Source of the DNA: a virus
Virus record (IMG/VR): IMGVR_UViG_3300024350_000006
DNA length: 64,000 nucleotides
Strand: one strand, 5' to 3'
Numbering within the stretch: position 1 is the stretch's first letter; each line of letters opens with the position of its first letter. The notes under the pieces were generated by a model. The model was not told where the DNA came from and did no database searches. It was given only the letters and a program-made list of their open reading frames with translations. Below are positions 55,557 through 64,000 of this stretch, one piece after another. The position numbers were made by a program, and so were the translations under genes.

Positions 55557-56264
55557 TCAACTCCAATATTTAGAATTATTGTTATCCCAATACTTTGTGT
55601 TATTACGATTTATAAAATTTTTAATCAAATACCAAGCCATACCTAGGTATCCCATCTTTTTAAACCTACGGGAATCCTGTCCAAAATAATGATCAACAAT
55701 TTTAAACTTCTTAGGATGATACATTCTTGACAAGAAGAAATCTTCTGAAGTGGCAAATTTCTCAGGGAACCCTCCATATTCTTCAAACTTGTCTCTACGG
55801 GTCAACATAAATGCACCCACAGCAAAAGGACTAAAATATTTTAAAACGTCATTAATACCATTAAAAATCATAAATCCAATAGCTGCTCTTACATCATCGT
55901 CATAACATCTAATTTTTAATCCAACTAAATCTAAATTATTATTTTCTAGTTGTTCTACTGCGTCACGAATAGCATAATTATCGAAAAATCTCACATCCGA
56001 GTCAATAAATAATATATAGGGTGTGTTTACTAGTCTTGCTCCATTATTTCTTGCTACAGAAACAGGCCCACCATCAATAATTTCAATGTTTAAAAAGAAA
56101 CTGTTATTTTGTATAATCTGTCTTGTATTATCAGTAGAGTAATCAGCAATAATAATTCTAGTTGAACCTATTTCCTGTTTTCTAAGATCGTTAAGTAGAT
56201 GCCCGATATACTTTTCCTCGTTATAACAGGGAATCACAATTGTAATTTTATCTTTTAATCTCAT
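55557..56264 (-). CDS. Glycosyltransferase family 2
   Basis: IVIPCYNEE, STDNT, ARNNGA, LFIDSD, GAFML, EDF. Confidence 0.85.
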   Translation of the reverse strand: MRLKDKITIVIPCYNEEKYIGHLLNDLRKQEIGSTRIIIADYSTDNTRQIIQNNSFFLNIEIIDGGPVSVARNNGARLVNTPYILFIDSDVRFFDNYAIRDAVEQLENNNLDLVGLKIRCYDDDVRAAIGFMIFNGINDVLKYFSPFAVGAFMLTRRDKFEEYGGFPEKFATSEDFFLSRMYHPKKFKIVDHYFGQDSRRFKKMGYLGMAWYLIKNFINRNNTKYWDNNNSKYWS

Positions 56265-56433
56265 TTTTAAAACACTTTCCGTCAATTTTAAATGATTCAA
56301 ACTTTACCCAATAACTCATTGATTTTAAACTTTGTTCGCACGTTGTCTGATCAGGAAATTCCAGAGTTAGTTTTGCGGGAACGTCCTTTGGATCGTTTAC
56401 GTGTACCGCTATCAATATCATCAACCACATCAT
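56248..56433 (-). CDS. Small secreted two-Cys protein
   Basis: MMWLMILIAV...FPDQTTCEQ...GKC. Confidence 0.5.
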   Translation of the reverse strand: MMWLMILIAVHVNDPKDVPAKLTLEFPDQTTCEQSLKSMSYWVKFESFKIDGKCFKNEIKR

Positions 56434-57181
56434 CTTGCTCCTGTGTCCAAGTTACTATTTCCCAAGTGCCATTGTGATGTTCTACTAGAGCAGTCATTGA
56501 TTCCACCCAGTCACCGTCATTCATATACACAACACCGTCTATGTTCTTGATCTCTGCGTGATGTATGTGCCCACATATAACACCATCAAATCCACGTTTT
56601 TTACAGTATGCGGCTAGATTCTTTTCAAATTGAAATATAAAGTCTACCGCTTTCTTAACTCTTCCTTTAAGATATAGACTAAGACTCCAATAACCAAAAC
56701 CAAGGCGATGACGTATCCAGTTGAATCGTGAATTAAGTCCCAATACAAAATCATATGCACGATCTCCCAATAAAGTTAACCAGGGGGCTAGTCTAGTAAT
56801 ACCATCAAATAGGTCGCCGTGTGTAACTAGATAATGCTTCCCATCAACACCAATATGTTCAAATTGATTATGTAATTCCACCATTCCAAAATTTAAATTA
56901 TACTGCAAAAAGGGTCTTAAAAATTCATCGTGGTTACCAATTATATACACAACTCTTGTGTCACGCTTTGCGTGACCTAAAATACGTCGAACAACGTTGG
57001 TGTGGCTTTGTTTCCAACGCCATTTGTTTTGCTTGATTTTCCAAGCATCTATAATGTCACCTACTAGATAAAGAGTTTCACAGGTGTTATGTTTCAAAAA
57101 ATTATTGAGTGCTTCAGCTTTACAATCTTTAGTACCTAGGTGAACATCACTAATAAAAATACTACGATAAGTTTTGTTCAT
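56351..57181 (-). CDS. plcP: PlcP-type metallophosphoesterase (phospholipase C; LpxH2-like family)
   Basis: RSIFISDVHLG, LVGDIIDAW, GNHDEFLR, HGDLFD, YWSLS..LK..VK.AV, DGVICGHIHHA, NDGDWVES. Confidence 0.78.
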   Translation of the reverse strand: MNKTYRSIFISDVHLGTKDCKAEALNNFLKHNTCETLYLVGDIIDAWKIKQNKWRWKQSHTNVVRRILGHAKRDTRVVYIIGNHDEFLRPFLQYNLNFGMVELHNQFEHIGVDGKHYLVTHGDLFDGITRLAPWLTLLGDRAYDFVLGLNSRFNWIRHRLGFGYWSLSLYLKGRVKKAVDFIFQFEKNLAAYCKKRGFDGVICGHIHHAEIKNIDGVVYMNDGDWVESMTALVEHHNGTWEIVTWTQEQDDVVDDIDSGTRKRSKGRSRKTNSGIS

Positions 57182-57186
57182 ACAAA

Positions 57187-57221
57187 TATTTAAGGTTTAC
57201 CAAATTACAAATCCATTACAT
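57187..57221 (-). promoter_or_regulatory. Pho-box-like promoter of plcP
   Basis: Minus strand atGTAATggat-ttGTAAT-N11-TAAATA. Confidence 0.65.
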
Positions 57222-57256
57222 AGTCAATAAAAAAGCCCCTTTCGGAGCTTTTTTAA

Positions 57257-58681
57257 TTAGAAGTTCAATTGACTTCTAAACATTATGGCTCGATCACCAG
57301 TTACTCGACCACCTGCAGAGCCTACAAGTTGATCAAACTGCGTGTCAACATAGTTAAGCATAAATCTCATATTATCAGTAGCGAACCAAGTTAGACCGTA
57401 GGTAATAGCTGTAGCACGATTTGATTTACCTGTAGCTACGGTGATGTCGCTAGCATCAAACTCGCTTAAACGTACACCTATTTGCCAGGCACCGCGACCA
57501 CCTTTGTCTAGAGGATTGTTGGGTTTAACTGCACCGAACACTCCATCCTTGTAGTTATAACCTTCGCCTGTCAGGTTGTACACAGCCAATACATAGTAAC
57601 CTTTAATTTCCTTATCTGCACCTGTTGTAGGATCATATTTAAAATTAAATTGTTCTGCTTGTACTTTGAATGCGTTATAGGCAAATGCAGCTTCTAGACC
57701 TTGACGTGTTCTTGTAGTGATGCCACCGAGTGCTGGACCAGTAAACCAGGCATTTTGTGAGCGTGATTCTGTCCTAGCACTAGCAGGTGTTACACCACCT
57801 TTTATCTCACCTGTACTGTAAGCAGCACCCAAATGAGCAACATACGTCTTACTGCCAGTAAGATCAGCAATGTTAGTAGTAACACGACCAATATAGTCTA
57901 GACCATCTGATACAGCATCTTTGTTGCCACGACCACGACTTACTGCTAGAGCGTAAGTTAATCCAGTTTTTGGTACACCGTGTAGCATAAATCCAGTTTC
58001 TTTTGCGGGAATTAGTTCGCCTTCCGCTTGACCAACTAGGCTGCGTTCCATCATATCAATGTTGTTAGAACTTTGTAGTTGTTCAAGACTGAATGGCATC
58101 TTGAACAAACCAAATTGGTATTGTAGTTCTGGATTAGCAGCATAGTTGACCCAGGCTACGTCCATATTAGTTGACGAACTAGCTGCACCTACATCGTTAC
58201 CAAAGTTACCAACTAGTTCGTATTTGAAGTCTTTGGCAAATTGTCCACGCACTCCAAAACGTGCGCGGCGCATTTCTGCTAGGTCCTGATACGAATCCGT
58301 GGTTTGACCTGCACCGTAAGTCGGGGAGTATTGACGATAGTCCATATGTAGTCGACCTGTAAGCTGAATGGTATTGTTGCCATCTTTGCTTTTGAGACCG
58401 ATTCCGTTTTCTGTGACTGCGCCGTCGTTGACTCTTGCGATTCTATATTTGTTTGATTCGCTGACATCCTTGTCTATTCTTTGTTCTATGAACTTACGGT
58501 TTTCTGCTCGTTCTTCGTGAGCTTGTACTTTACTGTCATATTCACTCTGCGTCAATATACCTTTGTCCTTTAAAATTTTTAAAGTATCAAGGTAATCGTC
58601 TGCATAGGCTGGTACACAAAATGCAAGACTAAAGGCCAGAGCTAGTGTTGTTAATTTTTTCATTTTTTTCCTTATTTCCAA
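57257..58681 (-). CDS. Phosphate-selective porin (OprO/OprP family)
   Basis: Signal peptide, GRLHMDY, RRARFGVRG, GLFKMPFSLEQLQSS, C-terminal QLNF. Confidence 0.82.
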   Translation of the reverse strand: MEIRKKMKKLTTLALAFSLAFCVPAYADDYLDTLKILKDKGILTQSEYDSKVQAHEERAENRKFIEQRIDKDVSESNKYRIARVNDGAVTENGIGLKSKDGNNTIQLTGRLHMDYRQYSPTYGAGQTTDSYQDLAEMRRARFGVRGQFAKDFKYELVGNFGNDVGAASSSTNMDVAWVNYAANPELQYQFGLFKMPFSLEQLQSSNNIDMMERSLVGQAEGELIPAKETGFMLHGVPKTGLTYALAVSRGRGNKDAVSDGLDYIGRVTTNIADLTGSKTYVAHLGAAYSTGEIKGGVTPASARTESRSQNAWFTGPALGGITTRTRQGLEAAFAYNAFKVQAEQFNFKYDPTTGADKEIKGYYVLAVYNLTGEGYNYKDGVFGAVKPNNPLDKGGRGAWQIGVRLSEFDASDITVATGKSNRATAITYGLTWFATDNMRFMLNYVDTQFDQLVGSAGGRVTGDRAIMFRSQLNF

Positions 58682-59697
58682 ATTGTTGTATTGTCTGGAC
58701 CTTTAAGATCCTTTTTCCAGTTATCCTGTACTAACTTGATAACTGACTGTGGCAAGTGAACATACTCTAGCTCTTCACTCATCTTAGCACCGTTCTTATA
58801 ACTCCAGTCAAAGAATTTAAGAATTGCACGACCTGTTAGTGCATCAGTTTGTTGCTTGTGCATTAAAATAAAACTTGCACCTGTAGCTGGCCAAGCATCC
58901 TTACCTTTTTGATCTGTTAGCAACAAATACATTCCTGGAGCATTAGCCCAGTCTGCATTAGCTGCTGCCGCTTTAAATGTACTATCATCTGGTTGTACAA
59001 AATTACCATCACGATTTTTTAATTGTGCATAGGCAATTTTATTTTTTTTAGCAAAGGCATATTCAACATAACCAAACGAACCTTTAACACGTTGAACGTT
59101 AGCTGCCACGCCTTCGTTACCTTTGCCGCCTACGCCCACTGGCCATTTAACTGCGGTGCCCTCACCAATGGCCTTTTGAAATTCGGCATTAACTTTACTT
59201 AGATAGTTTGTCCAAATAAATGTTGTGCCCGATCCATCTGCACGATGAATAACTGTAATATTGATTGCAGGTAGATTAACACCAGGATTCAAATCAGCAA
59301 TTGCTTTGTCATTCCATTTTGTAATCTTACCTAGATGTATATTAGCAATGACATCGCTGGTTAGTTTAAGTTGTCCAGGTTGTACTCCATCTAGATTAAA
59401 CACAGGCACTACGCCTCCTATGATGGCAGGGAACTGTACAAGTCCTTCTTTATCTAATTCCTCAGGCTTTAGTGGCATATCACTGGCACCAAAATCAACT
59501 GTCTTGGCTTTGATTTGACGAATACCGCCACCTGAACCAATTGATTGATAATTTAATCCAATACCAGTTGAAGCTTTATAAGCCTCGGCCCATTTAGAAT
59601 ATATTGGATAGGGAAAGGTAGCACCTGCTCCAGTTAGGTCTGCTGCCTCAGCGGATATAGCTAGTGAGGAAAACAATACCAATAAAAACTTTTTCAT
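58672..59697 (-). CDS. pstS: Phosphate ABC transporter substrate-binding protein PstS
   Basis: GAGATFPYP, QSIGSGGG, DFGASD, HRADGSGTT, GKGNEGV, GYVE. Confidence 0.95.
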   Translation of the reverse strand: MKKFLLVLFSSLAISAEAADLTGAGATFPYPIYSKWAEAYKASTGIGLNYQSIGSGGGIRQIKAKTVDFGASDMPLKPEELDKEGLVQFPAIIGGVVPVFNLDGVQPGQLKLTSDVIANIHLGKITKWNDKAIADLNPGVNLPAINITVIHRADGSGTTFIWTNYLSKVNAEFQKAIGEGTAVKWPVGVGGKGNEGVAANVQRVKGSFGYVEYAFAKKNKIAYAQLKNRDGNFVQPDDSTFKAAAANADWANAPGMYLLLTDQKGKDAWPATGASFILMHKQQTDALTGRAILKFFDWSYKNGAKMSEELEYVHLPQSVIKLVQDNWKKDLKGPDNTTIWK

Positions 59698-59713
59698 ATA
59701 TAATCTCCATTTA

Positions 59714-59766
59714 ATGTGCATTGCACAAAAATATTTAAACACAGGCATATTACCGTTTAATTACAA
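59714..59766 (-). promoter_or_regulatory. Pho-box-like promoter of pstS plus TGTGCA-A-TGCACA palindrome
   Basis: Minus strand ttGTAATtaaa-cgGTAAT-N11-TAAATA, then TTGTGCAATGCACAT. Confidence 0.65.
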
Positions 59767-59856
59767 ATCTGCAATTTAGGCAGTAAACTGGTAATATTAC
59801 TTGACTTTTTCTACCAAAAACTGTAGACTACTGGTATTAAATTAGAAAAAGGTTAT

Positions 59857-60090
59857 ATGAAAAACAACATAGTATTTTATCTTAAATGGTTTGCAACATT
59901 TATTACTATTGTGGGCGCAGTATGTACGGCACTGAATATCTACCCCGCCAGTCCCATTTTGCTTAGTATAGGCAGCGTGGCCTGGCTGGCTGTAAGTATT
60001 ATCTGGCGTGAATGGAGTTTAATTGTAATTAATGCAACTCTGTTAGCAATTTATACAGTATTACCTCTAGTAAAATACTTCTTGCTATAG
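59857..60090 (+). CDS. Small 3-TM membrane protein
   Basis: LKWFAT...NIYP...W.EWSLIVIN. Confidence 0.6.
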   Translation: MKNNIVFYLKWFATFITIVGAVCTALNIYPASPILLSIGSVAWLAVSIIWREWSLIVINATLLAIYTVLPLVKYFLL

Positions 60091-60232
60091 GAGCAACAAA
60101 TGATCTGGATATTTGTTATATTTTTGTTAATAGTTATCTGGGGTTACTTTGCCCATAAAGACGGCTCAGGACATAGTTGACAAAATGGTGCCTTTTTGCT
60201 AGACTGTAATTACAGTGAAGAAGGAGCCTAAA

Positions 60233-60688
60233 ATGAAACGAGGCGAATTGTTAGATAAAGCACTACTAATTGCCACTAATGCCCATCACGGACATTTTGA
60301 TAAAGGTGGCGCACCATACATTCTGCATCCGCTTAAAGTTATGCACTATCTAAAAAGCGATGACGAAGAATTAATGGCAATGGCACTTATGCACGATGTA
60401 GTGGAAGACACCAGCACCACCTACACAGACCTTCGTGAAGCTGGTATGACAGAAAGAGTCATTGCTGGTGTAAGGGCACTTACCAAAGTTCCTGGGGAAA
60501 CTCTAGATGAGTACAAGGAAAGAATATTCGCAAACAAAGATGCTATGCGTGTCAAATCAGCAGACCTTAGACACAACAGCGATATCCGCCGCCTCAAGGG
60601 CGTAACAGAAAAAGACATTGCCCGTATCGCCAAGTACCATACTTTTTATCTGGAAATTAAAGAACGCCTGGCAGCTATTAAAGAGTAA
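60233..60688 (+). CDS. HD-domain protein (RelA/SpoT hydrolase/Mesh1-like)
   Basis: AHHGHFDKGGAPYILHP, MHDVVEDT, LTK, VKSADLRHN. Confidence 0.8.
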   Translation: MKRGELLDKALLIATNAHHGHFDKGGAPYILHPLKVMHYLKSDDEELMAMALMHDVVEDTSTTYTDLREAGMTERVIAGVRALTKVPGETLDEYKERIFANKDAMRVKSADLRHNSDIRRLKGVTEKDIARIAKYHTFYLEIKERLAAIKE

Positions 60689-60728
60689 AATTTAAACACT
60701 TTTAAAAATAAATTAAACAGGAGTATAT

Positions 60729-61121
60729 ATGAAATTTGATCGCCGGGTAAATTTTATAACAAAAACAGATGGTAAAGGTTATTGGTCCGAGACAAAAAAA
60801 ACTGTAAAAATCAACCGTGTGGTATTAGCTAGTATTAGCGATGATAGTAGCTACGGTGAACTTCGTGCCTACTTTGATCCTAAAGATTGGAACGTTGATC
60901 GCGATGGCTTAATTTATTCTGATATTTTTTGGAAACACACATTCCTGACCTGTATGGAAAAAACTTTTGGTTTCAGTCCTGATGCCATACTGGATGTTTC
61001 CTACACAGAGCAAGGTATGCAGGGTGTGGATTATGTGAGTCTAGATGTTGGCGAACAGTTTATTACTGAATGTGATGCACTTTATCGCTTTGCAATTAAA
61101 AAGGAATCAGTTAACAATTAA
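60729..61121 (+). CDS. Hypothetical protein
   Basis: AGGAG SD; GELRAYFD...W...GLIYSD...YTEQGMQG. Confidence 0.65.
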   Translation: MKFDRRVNFITKTDGKGYWSETKKTVKINRVVLASISDDSSYGELRAYFDPKDWNVDRDGLIYSDIFWKHTFLTCMEKTFGFSPDAILDVSYTEQGMQGVDYVSLDVGEQFITECDALYRFAIKKESVNN

Positions 61122-61152
61122 GCAACTTAGTTGTTAGCCTAGCAATAAAGAA

Positions 61153-61211
61153 TCTGGTTGACATTAACCTCCAAATTGGTTATAATAGCGGTATAGTAAC
61201 TAATAAGGAGC
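61153..61211 (+). promoter_or_regulatory. Repeated early promoter/SD cassette, copy 3
   Basis: TCTGGTTGACA-N17-TATAATAGCGGTATAGTAACTAATAAGGAGC. Confidence 0.85.
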
Positions 61212-61216
61212 GCAAA

Positions 61217-61399
61217 ATGTCAGAGCGTATAATTAAAGCAATACCCGACGTGGGCTATGTCAGCGTGGACAGAGAAGCAAGCCCTGGGAACGGTCCTTTT
61301 TGTGTTGTATATTTTGCAACAGATTACGACGCTTGCGGCTTTGACACCTTTGAAGAAGCCTGGGCTGAGCTTGAACTTTTGGTTGACATTAATTCCTAA
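61217..61399 (+). CDS. Early hypothetical protein
   Basis: Follows cassette SD; 3' end overlaps the next cassette. Confidence 0.6.
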   Translation: MSERIIKAIPDVGYVSVDREASPGNGPFCVVYFATDYDACGFDTFEEAWAELELLVDINS

Positions 61400-61436
61400 T
61401 TCCACTATAATAGCGGTATAGTAATTAACAAGGAGC
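61380..61436 (+). promoter_or_regulatory. Repeated early promoter/SD cassette, copy 4
   Basis: TGGTTGACA-N17-TATAATAGCGGTATAGTAATTAACAAGGAGC. Confidence 0.85.
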
Positions 61437-61442
61437 TAAAAA

Positions 61443-61709
61443 ATGAGAACAGCATTCCAAGGCCTTACTACCCAAGAAATCCGCGAAGTTTCGATGTACG
61501 GTTGCACTGAAGCGCAGATGCGCGAAGCAGTGGAGTCTAGTATTACTTTTCGACTTTCTGGTCCTGAGATGGTTGTTGCTGGTATGATGAGCGACGCACA
61601 GGAGATGATGGCTTTTGAACAGCCTGACTTTAATATAATTGAGGATCAGCGTCAACTTCTTAATCGTGCAAAATTTGTGTTATTTACCTACATTATGGAT
61701 CGTAAATAA
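61443..61709 (+). CDS. Early hypothetical protein
   Basis: Follows cassette SD. Confidence 0.65.
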   Translation: MRTAFQGLTTQEIREVSMYGCTEAQMREAVESSITFRLSGPEMVVAGMMSDAQEMMAFEQPDFNIIEDQRQLLNRAKFVLFTYIMDRK

Positions 61710-61710
61710 T

Positions 61711-61857
61711 ATGAATAAAACTTTACTGGATTGTCTCTACGAAGAACTTGTTATGCTGGATGAGCAGGCTGGTTGCTTTGATGAAGAAACTAACGCTCGT
61801 ATTGATGAACAGCGTAACAAACTCTATAATCAAATTAAAGAACTGGAAGTAAATTAA
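61711..61857 (+). CDS. Small hypothetical protein
   Basis: ATG at 61711; coupled to rIIA. Confidence 0.5.
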   Translation: MNKTLLDCLYEELVMLDEQAGCFDEETNARIDEQRNKLYNQIKELEVN

Positions 61858-64000
61858 TGATTATCAATAATGCACCCCAAGAACAGGCAGTGGTAAGCAA
61901 TGTTAACGAGATAGGGGAATTCCGTATCCGTAACAGTGCAAAAGCTTTTAACATTCTTTCGTCAGGTCTTTATGCCAACAAAATTCGTGCAATTATACGA
62001 GAGCTATCGTGCAATGCTGTGGACAGCCACGTGGCTGCTCAGCGTGGTGATCTACCTTTTGACGTCCATCTTCCTAATGCGCTAGAACCCTGGTTCAGCA
62101 TTCGTGACTACGGCACAGGCCTTAGCCACGAGCAGGTCACCAACATCTACACCACCTACTTTGAAAGCACCAAGACCGAAAGTAATGATTTTATTGGTGC
62201 TCTTGGTCTGGGTAGCAAGAGTCCCTTTAGCTACACTGACAACTTCACTGTGACCGCGGTGCAGAATGGTCAGCGTGGCATCTATACTGCCTTTATCAAT
62301 GATCAAGGTGTGCCCAGTATTGCCCTGATGATGCAGGATGCCAGTGACGAGCCCAACGGTGTTGAGGTTAAGTTTAGCGTAAACGATCGTTCGGACTTTG
62401 ATCGTTTTCGTCAGGAGGCTATCTTTGTCTATCGTTACTTTAAACTACGTCCCATAATTTCAGGTTGTGAAGGTTTTACATTTAGCGAACCAGAATACCT
62501 TGATCAGGATATCATTCCCGGTGTGCATACTTCCTCCAAGTCGCGGCACGGCGACAGTGTGGCTATTATGGGTAACATTGAGTATCCAATCTCTGTACCT
62601 AATGCAGACAAAGGACTTGGTGATCTAGCTAAACTTCTAGAATGCGGTCTTGTTATGGAGTTTGACATTGGCGAACTGGATTTTCAGGCCAGCCGTGAAG
62701 GTCTTAGCTATGTTCCGCAGACTATTCTGGCTATCAAGAGCAAGTTAGAAAAACTCAAGGCTCAGCTCACTGTCAAGGTGGCAGAAGAAGCTGACAAAAT
62801 TGACAACCTCTGGAAACGTAGCTACTACCTTATTGAACGTAGCCATCACCTGCTCTGGCGTCCCGCAGTGCAACAATACATAGCTGACAGTGGTTTTAAA
62901 TTAATTAATGCCCAACAATCTAGTTATGTCAGTGTCCATCGTTTTCGCCCCTACGTTGATGATCTTGCTGCTAATTTTAATATTGTTATTAAAAGTTTTA
63001 GCAGATCACGTGGTATGGACACCTGTCAGAGTCGCAAGCCCCATAAAGAATATAAACCCAACACACCAGACCAACTGATGTTCTGGGAAATCCTTGCCAG
63101 CACAGTTACTCATTTTGTAGTAAACAAATCCAAACTGGGTGGATTGGAGCGTACTAAACATCATTATCGTAGACATAGTATAATCCCCCAGGGCGAACAT
63201 AATGTAGTGGTCTATGTCATTGAAGCCAAGGATCATAGCCAGCCAATGAAACTAGATGAGTTCTGGCAGTATCTAGAAAATCCTCCTGCCGAGCAAATGT
63301 TTGACATTGACGATCTAGACAAAAAACCACGTGCTAGCACGGGCCTAGGTCAAAACGTTACTCTGCTCAGTCTGGAAGAGCGTAGTGTACGTGGAGGATA
63401 CAGTCATCAGAAAAAATATGTCTGGGCTGATGCTGGTAAACTTACCAGCTACGACAAGTCACAGCCCTTTTACTATGTGCCTCTAGTTGGTTACCAGGCA
63501 CAGGGTGTATTTGATGATGCCAAGGATCTTAAAGATTATTTGGTAAAGGCTGACATCTTCACAGGTCAGATTTTTGGAGTAAGAAAGGCTGATCTTAAGA
63601 CTGTGGAAAGTCAAAAAAATTGGATAAACATAGACCAATTTGTTCGGGAAAAATTGTCCGAAGTGAACAAGGACACTGTGATGGGTATGGTTAAGTCGGC
63701 CATTGACTTTAAAGAAGTTTTCAAGCATAATGATGCTATTGCGCTGATTGATGCTCGTAGTCCCTATGTACAATTTTTTAATATTTTTCGGGATGTACGT
63801 GCCGTTAACAGTCGTGTAGAAAGTGCTCAGCAGTATCTATTTAAGCGGTATGGTATAAATTCCCAGGTGGGAGACCCCAGTCAGTTAATTACTAAGTATC
63901 GCAAGGAAATTGAAGAGATAACTAAAAGATATCCTCTGTTATTGAATATCAGTTCCTACAGCACCACTAACGAAGCACTAGCAGAATATATTAACGCAAT
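61857..64000 (+). CDS. rIIA: rIIA-like protein (3' partial; missing from ORF track)
   Basis: KAFNILSSGLYANKIRAIIRELSCNAVDSH, IRDYGTGL, GALGLGSKSPFSYT (GHKL ATPase), FDIGELDFQASREGLSY. Confidence 0.88.
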   Translation, partial: MIINNAPQEQAVVSNVNEIGEFRIRNSAKAFNILSSGLYANKIRAIIRELSCNAVDSHVAAQRGDLPFDVHLPNALEPWFSIRDYGTGLSHEQVTNIYTTYFESTKTESNDFIGALGLGSKSPFSYTDNFTVTAVQNGQRGIYTAFINDQGVPSIALMMQDASDEPNGVEVKFSVNDRSDFDRFRQEAIFVYRYFKLRPIISGCEGFTFSEPEYLDQDIIPGVHTSSKSRHGDSVAIMGNIEYPISVPNADKGLGDLAKLLECGLVMEFDIGELDFQASREGLSYVPQTILAIKSKLEKLKAQLTVKVAEEADKIDNLWKRSYYLIERSHHLLWRPAVQQYIADSGFKLINAQQSSYVSVHRFRPYVDDLAANFNIVIKSFSRSRGMDTCQSRKPHKEYKPNTPDQLMFWEILASTVTHFVVNKSKLGGLERTKHHYRRHSIIPQGEHNVVVYVIEAKDHSQPMKLDEFWQYLENPPAEQMFDIDDLDKKPRASTGLGQNVTLLSLEERSVRGGYSHQKKYVWADAGKLTSYDKSQPFYYVPLVGYQAQGVFDDAKDLKDYLVKADIFTGQIFGVRKADLKTVESQKNWINIDQFVREKLSEVNKDTVMGMVKSAIDFKEVFKHNDAIALIDARSPYVQFFNIFRDVRAVNSRVESAQQYLFKRYGINSQVGDPSQLITKYRKEIEEITKRYPLLLNISSYSTTNEALAEYINA

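Noticed and set aside
1-64000. Genome-wide TAG recoding
   Set aside because: Recognisable genes (LamG at 3914, clpS at 13074) end naturally at TAG, and long genes are not interrupted.

Overview
This is a 64-kb segment of a large T4-like or jumbo lytic phage genome. It is AT-rich and dense in small genes, with TA(T)AAATA late promoters, repeated sigma70-type early promoters and rIIA at the right end. The host is probably a Betaproteobacterium; this is inferred from the PqqA, PstS, OprP-like porin, AhpC/D and tmRNA tag sequences. Layout: (1) 1-9.4 kb, tail-fibre and lectin adhesin genes; (2) 11-14 kb, host-takeover and proteostasis genes (bS21, Hsp20, ClpS); (3) 24-26 kb, a cassette-like array of ATGA-coupled micro-genes built on recurring DNA blocks; (4) 26-34 kb, UvsE, a phasin-like gene, ClpP and radical SAM enzymes; (5) 34-45 kb, proteins sharing a T4-type capsid-targeting leader and carrying enzymatic effector domains; (6) 45 kb, a circularly permuted two-piece tmRNA overlapping an unannotated Bfd-like ferredoxin ORF; (7) 50-55 kb, AhpC/AhpD, a minimal DnaE and a stand-alone pqqA precursor peptide missed by the ORF track; (8) 55-60 kb, a Pho-box-controlled pstS, porin, plcP and glycosyltransferase module. 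Several auxiliary genes carry operators that resemble host stress-regulator sites (PhoB, OxyR, PhaR-like) or ROSE thermometers. All family assignments come from motif recognition by eye; no database searches were run.
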